Notes under the pieces: generated by a model
The model's database searches: none
Told to the model about the DNA's origin: nothing
The model's input: the letters and a program-made list of their open reading frames with translations, nothing else
Part shown: piece after piece, positions 8,680 through 18,973 of the stretch
Numbering within the stretch: the first letter of the stretch is position 1
Layout of the letters: every line of letters starts with the position of its first letter
Position numbers and translations under genes: made by a program
DNA from: Acidobacteriota bacterium
GTDB lineage: Bacteria > Acidobacteriota > UBA890 > WLXD01
Assembly (NCBI GenBank): GCA_963666215.2
Contig: CAXWPL010000004.1
Span: forward strand, 288,001 to 352,000
Direction of reading: 5' to 3'
Length of the DNA stretch: 64,000 bases

Positions 8680-11418
8680 TCACAGCTCGGCGCGTAGCGC
8701 GTCGATCGGATTCACCCGAGCCGCTCGCCGTGTGGCGACGTAGCACGTAGCAAGACCGGCGACACCGATGGCGAGCGCGGTGGCGGCATGCGCCAAGACG
8801 TCGAAACGGGTCACCGCGAACAGGAAATGGTCTACGAACTCGCTCGCCCACAGCGCTCCGAGGGCACCGGCAAGCACCCCTGCGACGAGACTCGGCAGCT
8901 CGCCGACTACCGCGTCGCGAATCAGGCGCGGGCGCCAAGCGCCGAGTGCCATACGGACGCCGAGCTCGCGCCGACGAGCGGCAACCGCGCGCGAAGTCAC
9001 ACCAAAGATGCCGAGCAACGCCAGCAGCGTCGCAGTACCGGCGAAGAACGCGACCAGCAACGCACGGTAGCGACTGCCAATCGTCGAGCGCTCGATCATG
9101 GTGGGCATCGAGCTCAGCTCGCGAATCGGCAGCTCCGGATCGACTTCCCGAATTGCGCCGCGCAGGCCCTCGGCCAGCCCGGCAAAGGCCCCTTCCGTTT
9201 CGACGATCAACGCCAGGCCGAGACGGTTCTCCGGCTCCTGGTGCACCGACATGTAGTACGCCGGCCGCGGCTCCTCCGAAAGAGCGTCGTGCAGCACGTC
9301 ACCGACGATGCCGACGATCTCCCAGCTGCGCTCGTCGCGTTCGATGAAGGCACCGAGCGCCGAACCGTCGGGCCAGAAACGCTGCGCCATCGACTCGCTC
9401 ACCACCGTCACCGGCGGAGCCTGGTCGGTATCGGCAGGTGTGAGACCGCGGCCCGTGAGCACCGGGATGCCCAGCGTCTCGTGGAAGCCGGGTAGCACGC
9501 GCCGTCGCAATGCCTCGGGCGATTTGCCGCCGTCTGGCGTCGTCCGACCCTCGATCTGAAAAGAGCTGCTCTTGTAAATACCCGAGAACGGCGGCGCATC
9601 CGATCCGCTGACCGCCACCACTCCTGGCAGCGCCGCGATACGCGCTACGGCCTGCTCGTAGAAACGGCTGGCGTCGCCCAGCGAACGGTAGCGCTCCTGC
9701 GGAAGCGACAACTGAATGACGGTGAGGTTGTCGGCCGAGAAGCCCGGATTCACCGAGAGCTCCGCGGCCAGCGTACGGCCAAGGAGAGCGGCAACGACCA
9801 CGAGAATTGTCGAGGTCGCGACCTGAAGCGCGACAACCGCGCGCTGCGCCCGGCCGCCGCTGCCCGCAACCGAGCGGGTGTTACCGGCGCGCGACAACGA
9901 AAGTCGCAGATCACGCCGGCCAGCCAGCAGCGCCGGCAGCGTGCCGAACAGCAGGCTGGTGAACGCGCCGAGCCCAACCGAGAACAGGAGAACGCGGCCG
10001 TCGACACCGATGTCGGACGGGAGGTGGAGCTCGACCGGCGCAAGAGCCACCAGCAGACGGGTCCCGCCGATCGCCAGCGCCGAGCCCAAGAGCGAACCGA
10101 CGCCGCCAAGCAGCAGCGATTCGGTGAATACCTGGCGAACGATGCGACCCGGCGCCGCACCAAAAGCGGCTCGCGTGGCGAGCTCGGCACCACGGCCATC
10201 GACTGCCCCGAGAAGCAGCGTGGCCACGTTGCCGCACGCAACGGCCATCAGCAGCAGGGCGGCGGCGAACAGCAGCGCCAGGCTACGGCTCGAGCCGCCG
10301 ACCTCTTCACTCTGACGGCGGGAAATCCGCGCACCACGCCCCGCCGGGCCGGCGTCGCCGGCTAGCAAGAGAGCGGTGGGGTCGAGCGCCGACTCGGGCG
10401 TCGCCCCGGCGGCAAGGCGACCGATGAGCTCGAAGCCATGATGACCGCGGTCGTCGAGGCGCGGTCCGACAAGGCCGACCGGAATCCAGACGTCGATGGA
10501 ATCGATGGCGTCTCCGAAGGGGTTGAGCACTCGGAGCCTAAAACCAGGTGGAAGCACGCCGACGATCTCGAAGTCTTCCCCGACCAGACGGATCGACTCG
10601 CCGACGATCGTCGGCGATGCGCCGCGGATGGCGCGCCAGTACGAGTCGCTGAGAACTGCCACTGGGCGTGCCTGCGTCCCGACCTCACCGGCTGCGAAGT
10701 TGCGGCCGAGCTGCAACTCCACTCCCAGCAACGGCAGCAGCGTCTCGGAAGCGATTCCGAGCCCGATCTCGCGAGGTTCGTCACCGTCCACTACCGCTGT
10801 GCGGGCGGCATCGTAGATCGCCAGCTCGTCGAACGGGCCGGCCGCGCTAAGGTCGATGTACTCCGGGTAGGAGATAGCGACGCGGTCCCAGACGGCACCC
10901 AGCGACTCGTGGCCGCGCCAGCTCGGGAAGGTGTTCCAGATGCTGACGATTTCGTGCGGCTGGCGGTAGGGAAGCGGGCGCAGGACGGCCCAGTCGAGGA
11001 TCGTGAAGATCGATGTCGCCCCGCCGATGCCGATGGCCAGTGTCACAACCACGATGGCGGCGAGCACTGGACGCTTGGCGACGCCACGAACGGCAAAGCG
11101 CATGTCTTGAGAGACGGAATCGAGAGCTCGACGCATGGGCCGTCGCTCCTGCCCGGGGATTGGATGAGCAGAGTCATTCGACTCGGATCGCCGCTGAGGC
11201 ATTCGAGTCCGCGCACTCAGGCTGGGGCCGACGCAGCGTCCGAGCTCGACCCAATACCAGCGCCACGCGCGCCACCTACCTTCGGCCACTTGTCGTACGG
11301 CGTGCTCCTCGTGAAGATCGCCGAGCATCGCCTCGCGCCCCAACGGCTGCAGCAGAAAACGCAAGATCACCGTCGCGACAAACGGCGGGCGACTCAACCG
11401 ATGGCGGTCGCTGCTCAC
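8680..11418 (-). CDS. ADOP-type duplicated ABC permease (MacB/FtsX x2)
   Basis: LGDLHEE N-terminus; QDMRFAVR; TLAIGIGGATSIF; CGNVATLLL; RRRELGVRMALGA; C-terminal RAARVNPIDALRAE. Confidence 0.92.
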   Translation of the reverse strand: MSSDRHRLSRPPFVATVILRFLLQPLGREAMLGDLHEEHAVRQVAEGRWRAWRWYWVELGRCVGPSLSARTRMPQRRSESNDSAHPIPGQERRPMRRALDSVSQDMRFAVRGVAKRPVLAAIVVVTLAIGIGGATSIFTILDWAVLRPLPYRQPHEIVSIWNTFPSWRGHESLGAVWDRVAISYPEYIDLSAAGPFDELAIYDAARTAVVDGDEPREIGLGIASETLLPLLGVELQLGRNFAAGEVGTQARPVAVLSDSYWRAIRGASPTIVGESIRLVGEDFEIVGVLPPGFRLRVLNPFGDAIDSIDVWIPVGLVGPRLDDRGHHGFELIGRLAAGATPESALDPTALLLAGDAGPAGRGARISRRQSEEVGGSSRSLALLFAAALLLMAVACGNVATLLLGAVDGRGAELATRAAFGAAPGRIVRQVFTESLLLGGVGSLLGSALAIGGTRLLVALAPVELHLPSDIGVDGRVLLFSVGLGAFTSLLFGTLPALLAGRRDLRLSLSRAGNTRSVAGSGGRAQRAVVALQVATSTILVVVAALLGRTLAAELSVNPGFSADNLTVIQLSLPQERYRSLGDASRFYEQAVARIAALPGVVAVSGSDAPPFSGIYKSSSFQIEGRTTPDGGKSPEALRRRVLPGFHETLGIPVLTGRGLTPADTDQAPPVTVVSESMAQRFWPDGSALGAFIERDERSWEIVGIVGDVLHDALSEEPRPAYYMSVHQEPENRLGLALIVETEGAFAGLAEGLRGAIREVDPELPIRELSSMPTMIERSTIGSRYRALLVAFFAGTATLLALLGIFGVTSRAVAARRRELGVRMALGAWRPRLIRDAVVGELPSLVAGVLAGALGALWASEFVDHFLFAVTRFDVLAHAATALAIGVAGLATCYVATRRAARVNPIDALRAEL

Positions 11419-11777
11419 GGTCGGCGGCTACGCCGCGCAGTCGCGGGGACGGTCTCGGGGGCGATCCGCAGCCCCGCCCACATGCGGTCGAGGCGTTGGC
11501 GCGCCTGTACCAACGACTCGACGCCAGCGGCTGTCAGCCGGAAATGTTTCTTGGCGCGCCCACCGCGCTCCGGCGTAGGCTCCGTTAGCCACGACTCCAC
11601 CAGGCCGCGCTGCTCCATGCGCTCGAGGCATGAGTAGACCCCGGCAATGGATACGGGCCGCCGGCCGCGGACCTCGATCTCCCGGCGGATCGTGACCCCG
11701 TAGGCATCGTCGTTCAAACGCGCCAAGGCCAACAGCACCAGCTGCTCGATCTCGCTGAGTGCCCTCTCGTTCGTCAC
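11415..11777 (-). CDS. PadR family transcriptional regulator
   Basis: GTG start after GGAGGAG; LSEIEQLVLLAL..L.DDAYGVTI...PTPERGGRAKKHFRLT. The stop overlaps the permease start. Confidence 0.92.
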   Translation of the reverse strand: MTNERALSEIEQLVLLALARLNDDAYGVTIRREIEVRGRRPVSIAGVYSCLERMEQRGLVESWLTEPTPERGGRAKKHFRLTAAGVESLVQARQRLDRMWAGLRIAPETVPATARRSRRP

Positions 11778-11795
11778 GGGTTTGTGCTCCTCCCA

Positions 11796-11820
11796 ATTTA
11801 TTCTTCTAAACAGAATAAAT
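11796..11820. promoter_or_regulatory. Candidate PadR operator
   Basis: Perfect AT-rich inverted repeat ATTTATTCT-N7-AGAATAAAT just upstream of the padR RBS. Confidence 0.6.
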
Positions 11821-11890
11821 AGAGGAGTACCGAAACGCAAGTTGCCAGCAAACCCGCCCGACTCGGAAGTAGCCGCAAGCGAACTACCAC

Positions 11891-12060
11891 TTGACGTCCA
11901 CAGCCAACCTGCTAGCGTTTCCGCCAGGTGCTGAGGGGCGCCTACGTTCGAGAAAGACGCCGTCACCCTCGGGCAAGCTAGCAAGCCAGGCCGTTCAGCA
12001 AACCTCCAGGCACTGCCGAACTCGTCGAACACGAGGCAGTCAAGAGCCGAGGAGACGACT
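11891..12060 (+). promoter_or_regulatory. Sigma70-like promoter plus structured 5' leader
   Basis: TTGACG-N16-TAGCGT, then nested stems and the hairpin ACTGCC..CTCGT/ACGAG..GGCAGT before the RBS GAGGAG. Confidence 0.5.
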
Positions 12061-12720
12061 ATGAACGCCGGCAATGCCGCGGACGCTCTGTCGGACTATC
12101 GCGCCCAGGCGCGCCGACTGCTGAAGGATCTACGGCGAGACGCGGATCGATCTGACTCCGCTCCCACCACCGCCCCTTGGACGGCGCATCACGCCGCCGC
12201 ACAGGCTCCACAGCCCCTACGACTACGATCTGGACCACTCCCAATCCACTAGGAGATAACCTATCCGTCGCTTCGCTCCGATGGCGTGATCACGATCAAC
12301 CGTAATCAGTGATCACGTTCCCGTAATGACCGATCACGATCACCGAAATACTCACGCCAGACGAGCGGCGACGATTCGGGCACCGCAGGCATCGTGGCCA
12401 ATGCTGCCCAGCCCGTGATGTACGAGCGTTCGTTCGAGTGGCTGCTGAACACGTGGTTCGCTCACTACGATCAGGCCCGTACCGCGCTCGAAGCCGGTGG
12501 AGGCTTCCTGCTGCCCTACAAGAGCCAGTTCTTCATCTGCGAGGAGGAGGGCATCCACCTGCTCGGCCTGGACCCGGGCGATCCGGACTGGGCGCACATT
12601 GGCAACGACTGGGTCAAGCCTGCAGATGTCGAAGCGTGGACGCGCCTACGTGACAAGCGGCTCGAGGCGTTGGCGAGCGACTCGAAACTGACGTCGCCGC
12701 ACACGTCGCGGCGATCGTGA
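12061..12720 (+). pseudogene. Conserved hypothetical gene whose middle is replaced by an IS end
   Basis: N-terminal LSDYRAQARRLLKDLR and C-terminal LNTWFAHYDQAR...GGFLLPYKSQFF...LGLDPGDPDW.IG.DW appear to belong to one family. They are separated by non-coding IS-like DNA. Confidence 0.65.
12163..12354. mobile_element. Isolated IS21-family right-end remnant
   Basis: CGTCGCTTCGCTCCGA followed by three GATCAC-containing repeats about 21-23 bp apart, ending ...CACCGAAATACTCA (CA terminus). No istA/istB. Left boundary approximate. Confidence 0.65.
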
Positions 12721-12787
12721 TCCTCAGGTGTGACCACCTGCGCGATCGCCTGGCGTTTCTGCGGCACGACCTCTCGGCTAGCGGCCC

Positions 12788-15169
12788 TCAGCCGTCAAGC
12801 CGCGCGCGCAGCAACTCCGTCACGTGCTCGGCGTTCGCCTTCCCTTTCGTGGTCTGCATCACCTGTCCAACGAAGAAACCCAGAAGGCCGGTGCGACCCC
12901 CTCGGTAGGCCGTGGCTTTGTCGGCGAACTGTTCGAGTAGTCGATCGACGATCGGCTCGAGCGAAGCGCTGTCGCTGATTTGCTCGAGGCCGAGGCGCTC
13001 GACGATCGCCGCGGGACTATCGTTCGACCGACTCAGCTCGAGCAGCACGGAGCGACCTTGGGCGCGCGAGATGGAGCCCGACTCCACGAGGCCGACCACG
13101 CTGGCGAGCCTTGCGCCGTCGACTGCAGCTCCGGCCGACGCCTCTTCGCTGCCGCTATCGAGGCGCGCGACCTCGTTGATCACCCAGCCGGCGATCTTCG
13201 CGGCGGATGCGTTCTCGGGCATCGCCTCGAGTGCCTCGTCGAAGACCGGGCCCAGGGTCTTGTCGAGCACGAGAAGATCGGCGTCTTCGGCGCTCAACCC
13301 GAGCTCCACGTAGCGATCGAAGATCTCCGCCAGGTTCAGATCGGCGGCGCGGTCGGCGGCGCGGATCTGCGCGCGCGTCGGCCCCCGTGGCTCCCGCTCC
13401 GCGTTCGTGACGCCAGGCACGTGTGACCGCGACTCGGTGTCGCTCTGCGAGGAGGCCGTGTCGGCGGCGGCAATCCTGGCCCACGCATCGCGCAACGTAA
13501 CGGTCCGATTGAACACCGGGGCGCCCGGCCGCGAATCTTCGGGGTCGGTGAAGAAGTAGCCCAAACGCTCGAACTGAAAGTGGCTTCGAGGCTCGGCGTC
13601 GGCGAGGCTCGGCTCGGCGTACGCGACGTCGACCACGTCGAGAGAGCCCGGGTTCAAGTACTCCTTGAAATCGTCTTCGCGAGTGTCCGGATCGGGCACC
13701 GAGAACAAGCGGTCGTAGAGGCGTACCTGCACGGCAAGCGCGTGGGGCGCGGAAACCCAGTGGATGGTCCCCTTGATCTTGCGGCCTTCGGGTGTTGACC
13801 CGCCGCGCGTCGAGGGGTCGTAGCTGCAGCGCAGCTCGACGACATCTCCGTCGGCGTCCTTCACGACCTCGTCGCAGCGAATCACGTAGGCGTAGCGCAG
13901 CCTCACCTCACGTCCGGGAGCCAGACGGAAGAACTTCTTCGGCGGGTCCTCCATGAAGTCATCGCGCTCGATCCACAGCTCGCGCGAGAAGGGCAGCTTG
14001 CGCGAGCCTTCCTTCGGAACGTCGTGCGGCCAGTACGAAGCGTCGAACTCTTCGCTCTGACCCTCTGGATAGTTGGTGATCACCACCTTGAGCGGACGCA
14101 GCACGCACATGACGCGCGGCGCCTTGTGGTTGAGGTCGTCGCGCGTCGTGTACTCGAGCATCGCTACATCAACCCGGTTGTCCGACTTGGCCACCCCAGC
14201 GAGCTCACAGAAGGTGCGTACCGCCTCCGGAGTTACCCCGCGCCGACGCAGGCCCGAAAGCGTGGGCATACGTGGATCGTCCCAGCCGGCCACATGCCCT
14301 CCCTCGACGAGCTCGAGCAGCTTGCGCTTGCTGGTGATCGTGTACGCCAGGTTCAGGCGCGCGAACTCGAACTGACGCGGCCGCGGCTCGGGCAGCTCGA
14401 GCGCGTCGGTGTACCAGTCGTAGAGCTCGCGATTGCTGACGAACTCGAGCGAGCACAGCGAGTGCGTGATCCCTTCGATGGCATCCGACTGGCCGTGCGC
14501 CCAGTCGTAGAGCGGGTAGATGCACCACGTATCGCTGGCCCGATAGTGGGACGCGTGCCGAATGCGGTACATCACCGGGTCGCGCATCTTCATGTTCGGA
14601 TGCGCCATGTCGATCTTGGCTCGTAGAACGTGCGCGCCGTCGGGAAACTCGCCCGCCCGCATACGCGCGAACAGGTCGAGGTTCTCCTCGACCGTTCGAT
14701 CACGATGAGGACTGTCGCGCCCGGGCTCTGTAATGGTCCCGCGGTACTCGCGAATCTCGTCGCCCGAGAGCGAGTCGACGTACGCCTTGCCGCTGCGAAT
14801 CAGCTCGACGGCCCAGTCGTGCAGCCGCTCGAAGTAGTCGGACGCGTGCCGCAGGTTGTCCCACTCGAAACCGAGCCAGCGGATATCGCGCTGGATGGCC
14901 TCGACGTAGCGCGCGTCTTCGGTTTCGGGATTGGTGTCGTCGAAACGAAGGTTGCACACGCCGCCGTTCTCGCGCGCCACACCAAAGTCGATGCAGATCG
15001 CCTTGGCGTGGCCGATGTGCAGAAATCCGTTCGGCTCGGGCGGAAATCGCGTGGCGATCTGATCGACGCGGCCACTGGCGAGATCCTCGGCGACGATCTG
15101 ACGGATGAAGTCGGTTCCGCGCTCGGGGTCAGGCGATGGAGATGTTGTGGCTTCCGAATCGCTTTCCAT
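12788..15169 (-). CDS. glnS: Glutamine--tRNA ligase with C-terminal YqeY/GatB-like domain
   Basis: [50 protein letters not shown]; tail QISD...[18 protein letters not shown]. Confidence 0.97.
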   Translation of the reverse strand: MESDSEATTSPSPDPERGTDFIRQIVAEDLASGRVDQIATRFPPEPNGFLHIGHAKAICIDFGVARENGGVCNLRFDDTNPETEDARYVEAIQRDIRWLGFEWDNLRHASDYFERLHDWAVELIRSGKAYVDSLSGDEIREYRGTITEPGRDSPHRDRTVEENLDLFARMRAGEFPDGAHVLRAKIDMAHPNMKMRDPVMYRIRHASHYRASDTWCIYPLYDWAHGQSDAIEGITHSLCSLEFVSNRELYDWYTDALELPEPRPRQFEFARLNLAYTITSKRKLLELVEGGHVAGWDDPRMPTLSGLRRRGVTPEAVRTFCELAGVAKSDNRVDVAMLEYTTRDDLNHKAPRVMCVLRPLKVVITNYPEGQSEEFDASYWPHDVPKEGSRKLPFSRELWIERDDFMEDPPKKFFRLAPGREVRLRYAYVIRCDEVVKDADGDVVELRCSYDPSTRGGSTPEGRKIKGTIHWVSAPHALAVQVRLYDRLFSVPDPDTREDDFKEYLNPGSLDVVDVAYAEPSLADAEPRSHFQFERLGYFFTDPEDSRPGAPVFNRTVTLRDAWARIAAADTASSQSDTESRSHVPGVTNAEREPRGPTRAQIRAADRAADLNLAEIFDRYVELGLSAEDADLLVLDKTLGPVFDEALEAMPENASAAKIAGWVINEVARLDSGSEEASAGAAVDGARLASVVGLVESGSISRAQGRSVLLELSRSNDSPAAIVERLGLEQISDSASLEPIVDRLLEQFADKATAYRGGRTGLLGFFVGQVMQTTKGKANAEHVTELLRARLDG

Positions 15170-15329
15170 GACGTCCACGGCCTGAGGAACAGCGTGAATC
15201 CGCCATTATGAGGCACGCGAACTACCGCGATCACCACCCGTCTCAACGTCGGGACGCGCCTGGCGGGCGACCGCCTCGGGCTAGCGCAAATGCTGCCGGG
15301 CCGGCCTCTTGCTACGAGCCGGTGTCTTC

Positions 15330-16403
15330 TTAGAAAGCCTTGAAGACCTTCTCGCCAGCGCGAATCGCCAGGTCGAGCCGGTTCTGCTGCGGCGGCAGCG
15401 GGCACGTCGCGTACGGCGTGAAGACACACGGCGGGTTGTACGACTTGTTGAAGTCGACGACCACGCGGCCCTGCTCGTCGGGCGCGTCGACCCAAATGAA
15501 CTTGCCGCCGCCGTAAGTCTCGTCGCCGTTGGTGAGATCGGCGAAGGCGGTGAAGAAATTCGCCGGATCGTCTGAGTCCTTCCACATGTCGAGGCGGTGG
15601 GTCTCACCCTCCACTTCGAAAACAACGGCGCCGGGCGACTCGGTTTCGTTGAGGTCGCCGAGGATGGTCGGAATCATGATGAGGCCGGGAGGATCGTACG
15701 TCTCGAAGCGGCCTTCGTAGCGGTGGGCTGGGTCGACGTCGAACATCGGCACGCCCTCGAAGCTCGACAACAACGGGTTGGCGCTGTCCTTGAGTCGCAC
15801 CCCGATGCGATCACCCCGCTTGATCACGAACCAGCTCAAGGTGCCCCAGCGCAATGTCGGGCGCACGAACGACGGCTCGGCGACCTCGGCGAGCGTCGGA
15901 TCGAGCTCCGTGGTGCCGGTCTCGTCCGGCCCGGTCGACTCCTCGGGCTCTTCCGGCTCGTCCATCAGGAGCGGCGGCATGTACGCCAACAGGCCGCCGG
16001 CTGGCACCGAGCTCGGAGAGCCTGCGCCGGGCTCTGCAGCGCCGTTCGCAACTGGGTCGACGAGCACCTCGACGCCCGGGGCTGCTTCAAACCGAACCTC
16101 CTGGCCGCGTCGCTGGAAGGTCCCGATGAGCTCCGGTCCGCTCGACCCCTCCACGACGAGGTTGTTGTCCGACGCGGTGCCGATCGTGTTGGGGCCCTCG
16201 GCAAGCCAGTACAAACCCGTCAGCGTCAGCCAGCCGTCGAGCTTCTCGAGATCGGAAGTTCTCTTGGCGCGCCAGGCGTCGACCTCGGCGAGATGAGCGC
16301 CCGGTTCCAGGCTCAGATCCTCGAAAGCGTCGGGCGGCTCCGAGGTCGGAGCCGCGGTGCACGCGACCGAGGCCAGAGCGAGCAGCAGCGCGCCCAGTCG
16401 CAT
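15330..16403 (-). CDS. DUF1684 domain lipoprotein
   Basis: Lipobox-like LASVAC; GWLTLTGLYWL; FADLTNGDETYGGGKF; DFNKSYNPPCVFTPYATCPLPP. Confidence 0.9.
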   Translation of the reverse strand: MRLGALLLALASVACTAAPTSEPPDAFEDLSLEPGAHLAEVDAWRAKRTSDLEKLDGWLTLTGLYWLAEGPNTIGTASDNNLVVEGSSGPELIGTFQRRGQEVRFEAAPGVEVLVDPVANGAAEPGAGSPSSVPAGGLLAYMPPLLMDEPEEPEESTGPDETGTTELDPTLAEVAEPSFVRPTLRWGTLSWFVIKRGDRIGVRLKDSANPLLSSFEGVPMFDVDPAHRYEGRFETYDPPGLIMIPTILGDLNETESPGAVVFEVEGETHRLDMWKDSDDPANFFTAFADLTNGDETYGGGKFIWVDAPDEQGRVVVDFNKSYNPPCVFTPYATCPLPPQQNRLDLAIRAGEKVFKAF

Positions 16404-16598
16404 TGGCGGCCCGCCAAGTATCACGGAACTTGTCGAATTGCCGGAATTCTTCACGGGTCCGACTATAGCCTCGCGGCACGTCGCATGGCCAGAGCAGGCG
16501 AGCCAGGCTGCGATTCGCGCCACAAAACAATCGAGCCGGCGCCCGGGGCAACCAGGCGCCGGCTCGTTGGCCGCGGGGCATTGAAGTCGTTCGTCGTC

Positions 16599-17210
16599 TC
16601 AGTTGGCAGCGAGCCCCTCGCTGAACATCTGGGCAATCACCTCGGGCAACTCGTCGGAACGCCGAGCAATTTCGTCGTCGCCGAGCAAATCCATCACCAA
16701 CAACCCGATGAACGTCGCGCTCAAAGCCCGTGCAGCGAGCCCCGAATCCACGTCGCGCATGCCGCCACTCAGGCGCAGCGCTTCGAGTAGAGGCTCGACA
16801 TCACCCAGCCTCCGCGCCACGACCGCGTCGAAGTAGAGCGCCCGCAACGAGGGCTGTGTGATGAGCGCCGGCAAAACGGCCCGGAACAGCTCGGTGTCGG
16901 GCCACGAAGCACCAGTCCGATGCCGCGCCAGCACCTTACAGAGACCGCGGAGATCGGCCGTTGCGGGGAGACTCGGCTGGGCCCCCGACTCCCTCTCGCA
17001 CACGCGCTCGACGAGGCCGAGAAGCAAATCCGACTTGTCGGCGAAGTAGTTGTAAATCGTGCCGTCGGCAACCCCGGCTTGTCGCGCTACCTCCCTGATC
17101 GTCGCCCGCTCCGACCCCTGCTCCGCGAACACAACGGTCGCGGCGTCGAGGATCTGACGTCGACGAACTTCTAGACGCTGGTCTTTCTGTTCCGGGCTCT
17201 CGTGGGGCAC
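16599..17210 (-). CDS. TetR/AcrR family transcriptional regulator
   Basis: RRRQILDAA..VFAEQG...ATIREVARQAGVADGTIYNYFADK. Confidence 0.92.
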   Translation of the reverse strand: MPHESPEQKDQRLEVRRRQILDAATVVFAEQGSERATIREVARQAGVADGTIYNYFADKSDLLLGLVERVCERESGAQPSLPATADLRGLCKVLARHRTGASWPDTELFRAVLPALITQPSLRALYFDAVVARRLGDVEPLLEALRLSGGMRDVDSGLAARALSATFIGLLVMDLLGDDEIARRSDELPEVIAQMFSEGLAAN

Positions 17211-17261
17211 GCGATCGCCGTTCGGAAATGAACCTGTCTGGGCTGCGGTGCGCGAGTATAT

Positions 17262-17279
17262 TGAATGAATGTTCATTCA
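17262..17279. promoter_or_regulatory. Candidate TetR operator
   Basis: Perfect palindrome TGAATGAA-TG-TTCATTCA about 50 bp upstream of the TetR start. Confidence 0.7.
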
Positions 17280-17572
17280 GCAACTTGGCAGGAATTTCTC
17301 GAACCCGAAGTTGGAGCCGCACGGCCGCGGCCGCGCGGGTTCCGTTGATGACAAGCTTCAGCATCGACGCTACCATCTCGTCGACCTGCTTCTCAGCGCG
17401 CAGGAGGTTGCCCGTGTCCGCTTCGCAATGGACCGCACTGCACTCTCGACGAGACCTGCCGCAGCAGGCGCGCCCAGGCATCTTCGCGCCACCCAGCGTG
17501 ACGAGCACTCGATAGAGCCGTCCGCCGTCCTTTTTCAGCTCGCCTCTCTCCTACCGCGAAGAGCCTCAAGCC

Positions 17573-18928
17573 ATGTCCGAAATCCGCGTTCCGTCCGAGA
17601 AAGTCTTCTCGATCCTGCGGGACAACATCCTTGTCGATGGGTTCCATCTGGTCGTCGATCTCGAGCGCTCGCACGGCTCGACGATGGTCGACGCCCTCGA
17701 GGGCAAGGAATACCTCGACTGCTACTCCTACTTCGCTTCGCTGCCGGTGGGCCACAACCACCCGAAGATGGCCGACGAGGGCTTCCGCGAGTCGCTGATG
17801 AACGCGGCGCTCGTGAAGCCGGCCAACAGCGACATCTACACACGTGAGTACGCGGCGTTTGTCGAGACGTTCCGGCGCGTAGCCGCACCCGAGCAGTTCC
17901 GCTACATGTTCTTTGTCGAGGGTGGGGCGCTGGCGGTGGAAAACGCGCTGAAGGCGGCATTCGACTGGAAGGGGCTGCGCAATCTCGCCGCCGGTGTGGA
18001 TGGCGGCGGCGACAAGATTCTGCATTTCAAGGAAGCGTTCCACGGGCGCAGCGGCTACACGCTGTCGCTCACCAACACCGACCCGACGAAAACCAATCGC
18101 TTCCCGCTCTTTGACTGGCCGCGGGTCGCCAACCCGACGATCCACTTCCCGGTCGACGAGGCCGAAGTCTCCGCAGCGGAAGCTCTTTCGATAGAACAGA
18201 TCGAGGCGGCGTTTGCCGCGGACCCACATGGCATCGCCGCGATCATCCTCGAGCCGATTCAGGGCGAGGGCGGTGACAACCACTTCCGGCCCGAGTACCT
18301 GCAGAAGCTTCGTGAGCTTTGTGACACCCACGAGGCCCTGCTCATCTTCGATGAAGTGCAGACGGGCATCGGCCTGACCGGAACAATGTGGGCATTCCAG
18401 CAGCTCGGCGTCACACCCGACATCGTCGCCTTCGGCAAGAAGACGCAGGTCTGCGGCATCATGTGCACCCGCCGCATCGACGAGGTCGAGGGCAACGTCT
18501 TCCACAAGTCGTCGCGCATCAACTCGACCTGGGGCGGCAACCTCGCCGACATGGTGCGCTGTGCGCGCTACCTGGAGATCATCGAGGAGGATGGGCTGGT
18601 ACAGAACGCGGCCACTGTGGGTGTGGCATTCAAGTCCGCGCTCGACGGAGTTGCGGCGCGGCACGGGGAGATCACCAACGTCCGCGGCCGCGGCCTGATG
18701 CTCGCCTTCGATATGCCCGATGGCAGCTCACGAGACGCGCTCCGAACCGCGCTCTGGGATGCGGGTCTTGCGACGCTTGCCTGCGGTGATCGCTCGATCC
18801 GCTTCCGACCGTGCCTGACGTTCACCACCGCCGATGTCGACCGAGCCTGCGAGATCCTGGCGTCGACGCTGAAAGGCGCCGACGACTCCACCATGCTCGC
18901 TACCGCCGCCGCGGGCGCGGTATCTTGA
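17573..18928 (+). CDS. lat: L-lysine 6-transaminase (class III PLP aminotransferase)
   Basis: ILVDGF.LV.DLERSHG; KPANSDIYT; GALAVENALKAAFDWK; FHGRSGYTLSLTNT; DEVQTG; FGKKTQVCG; SRINSTWGG. Confidence 0.93.
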   Translation: MSEIRVPSEKVFSILRDNILVDGFHLVVDLERSHGSTMVDALEGKEYLDCYSYFASLPVGHNHPKMADEGFRESLMNAALVKPANSDIYTREYAAFVETFRRVAAPEQFRYMFFVEGGALAVENALKAAFDWKGLRNLAAGVDGGGDKILHFKEAFHGRSGYTLSLTNTDPTKTNRFPLFDWPRVANPTIHFPVDEAEVSAAEALSIEQIEAAFAADPHGIAAIILEPIQGEGGDNHFRPEYLQKLRELCDTHEALLIFDEVQTGIGLTGTMWAFQQLGVTPDIVAFGKKTQVCGIMCTRRIDEVEGNVFHKSSRINSTWGGNLADMVRCARYLEIIEEDGLVQNAATVGVAFKSALDGVAARHGEITNVRGRGLMLAFDMPDGSSRDALRTALWDAGLATLACGDRSIRFRPCLTFTTADVDRACEILASTLKGADDSTMLATAAAGAVS

Positions 18929-18973
18929 TATAGCGAGGTCGGAAACAAGGGGGGGGGGCAGCGAGGCTGCAAC

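Noticed and set aside
12286-12354. CRISPR or iteron array
   Set aside because: The short GATCAC repeats ending in a CA terminus fit an IS21-type end better.
17280-17572. Small ORFs between tetR and lat
   Set aside because: No recognisable motifs or RBS; treated as intergenic.
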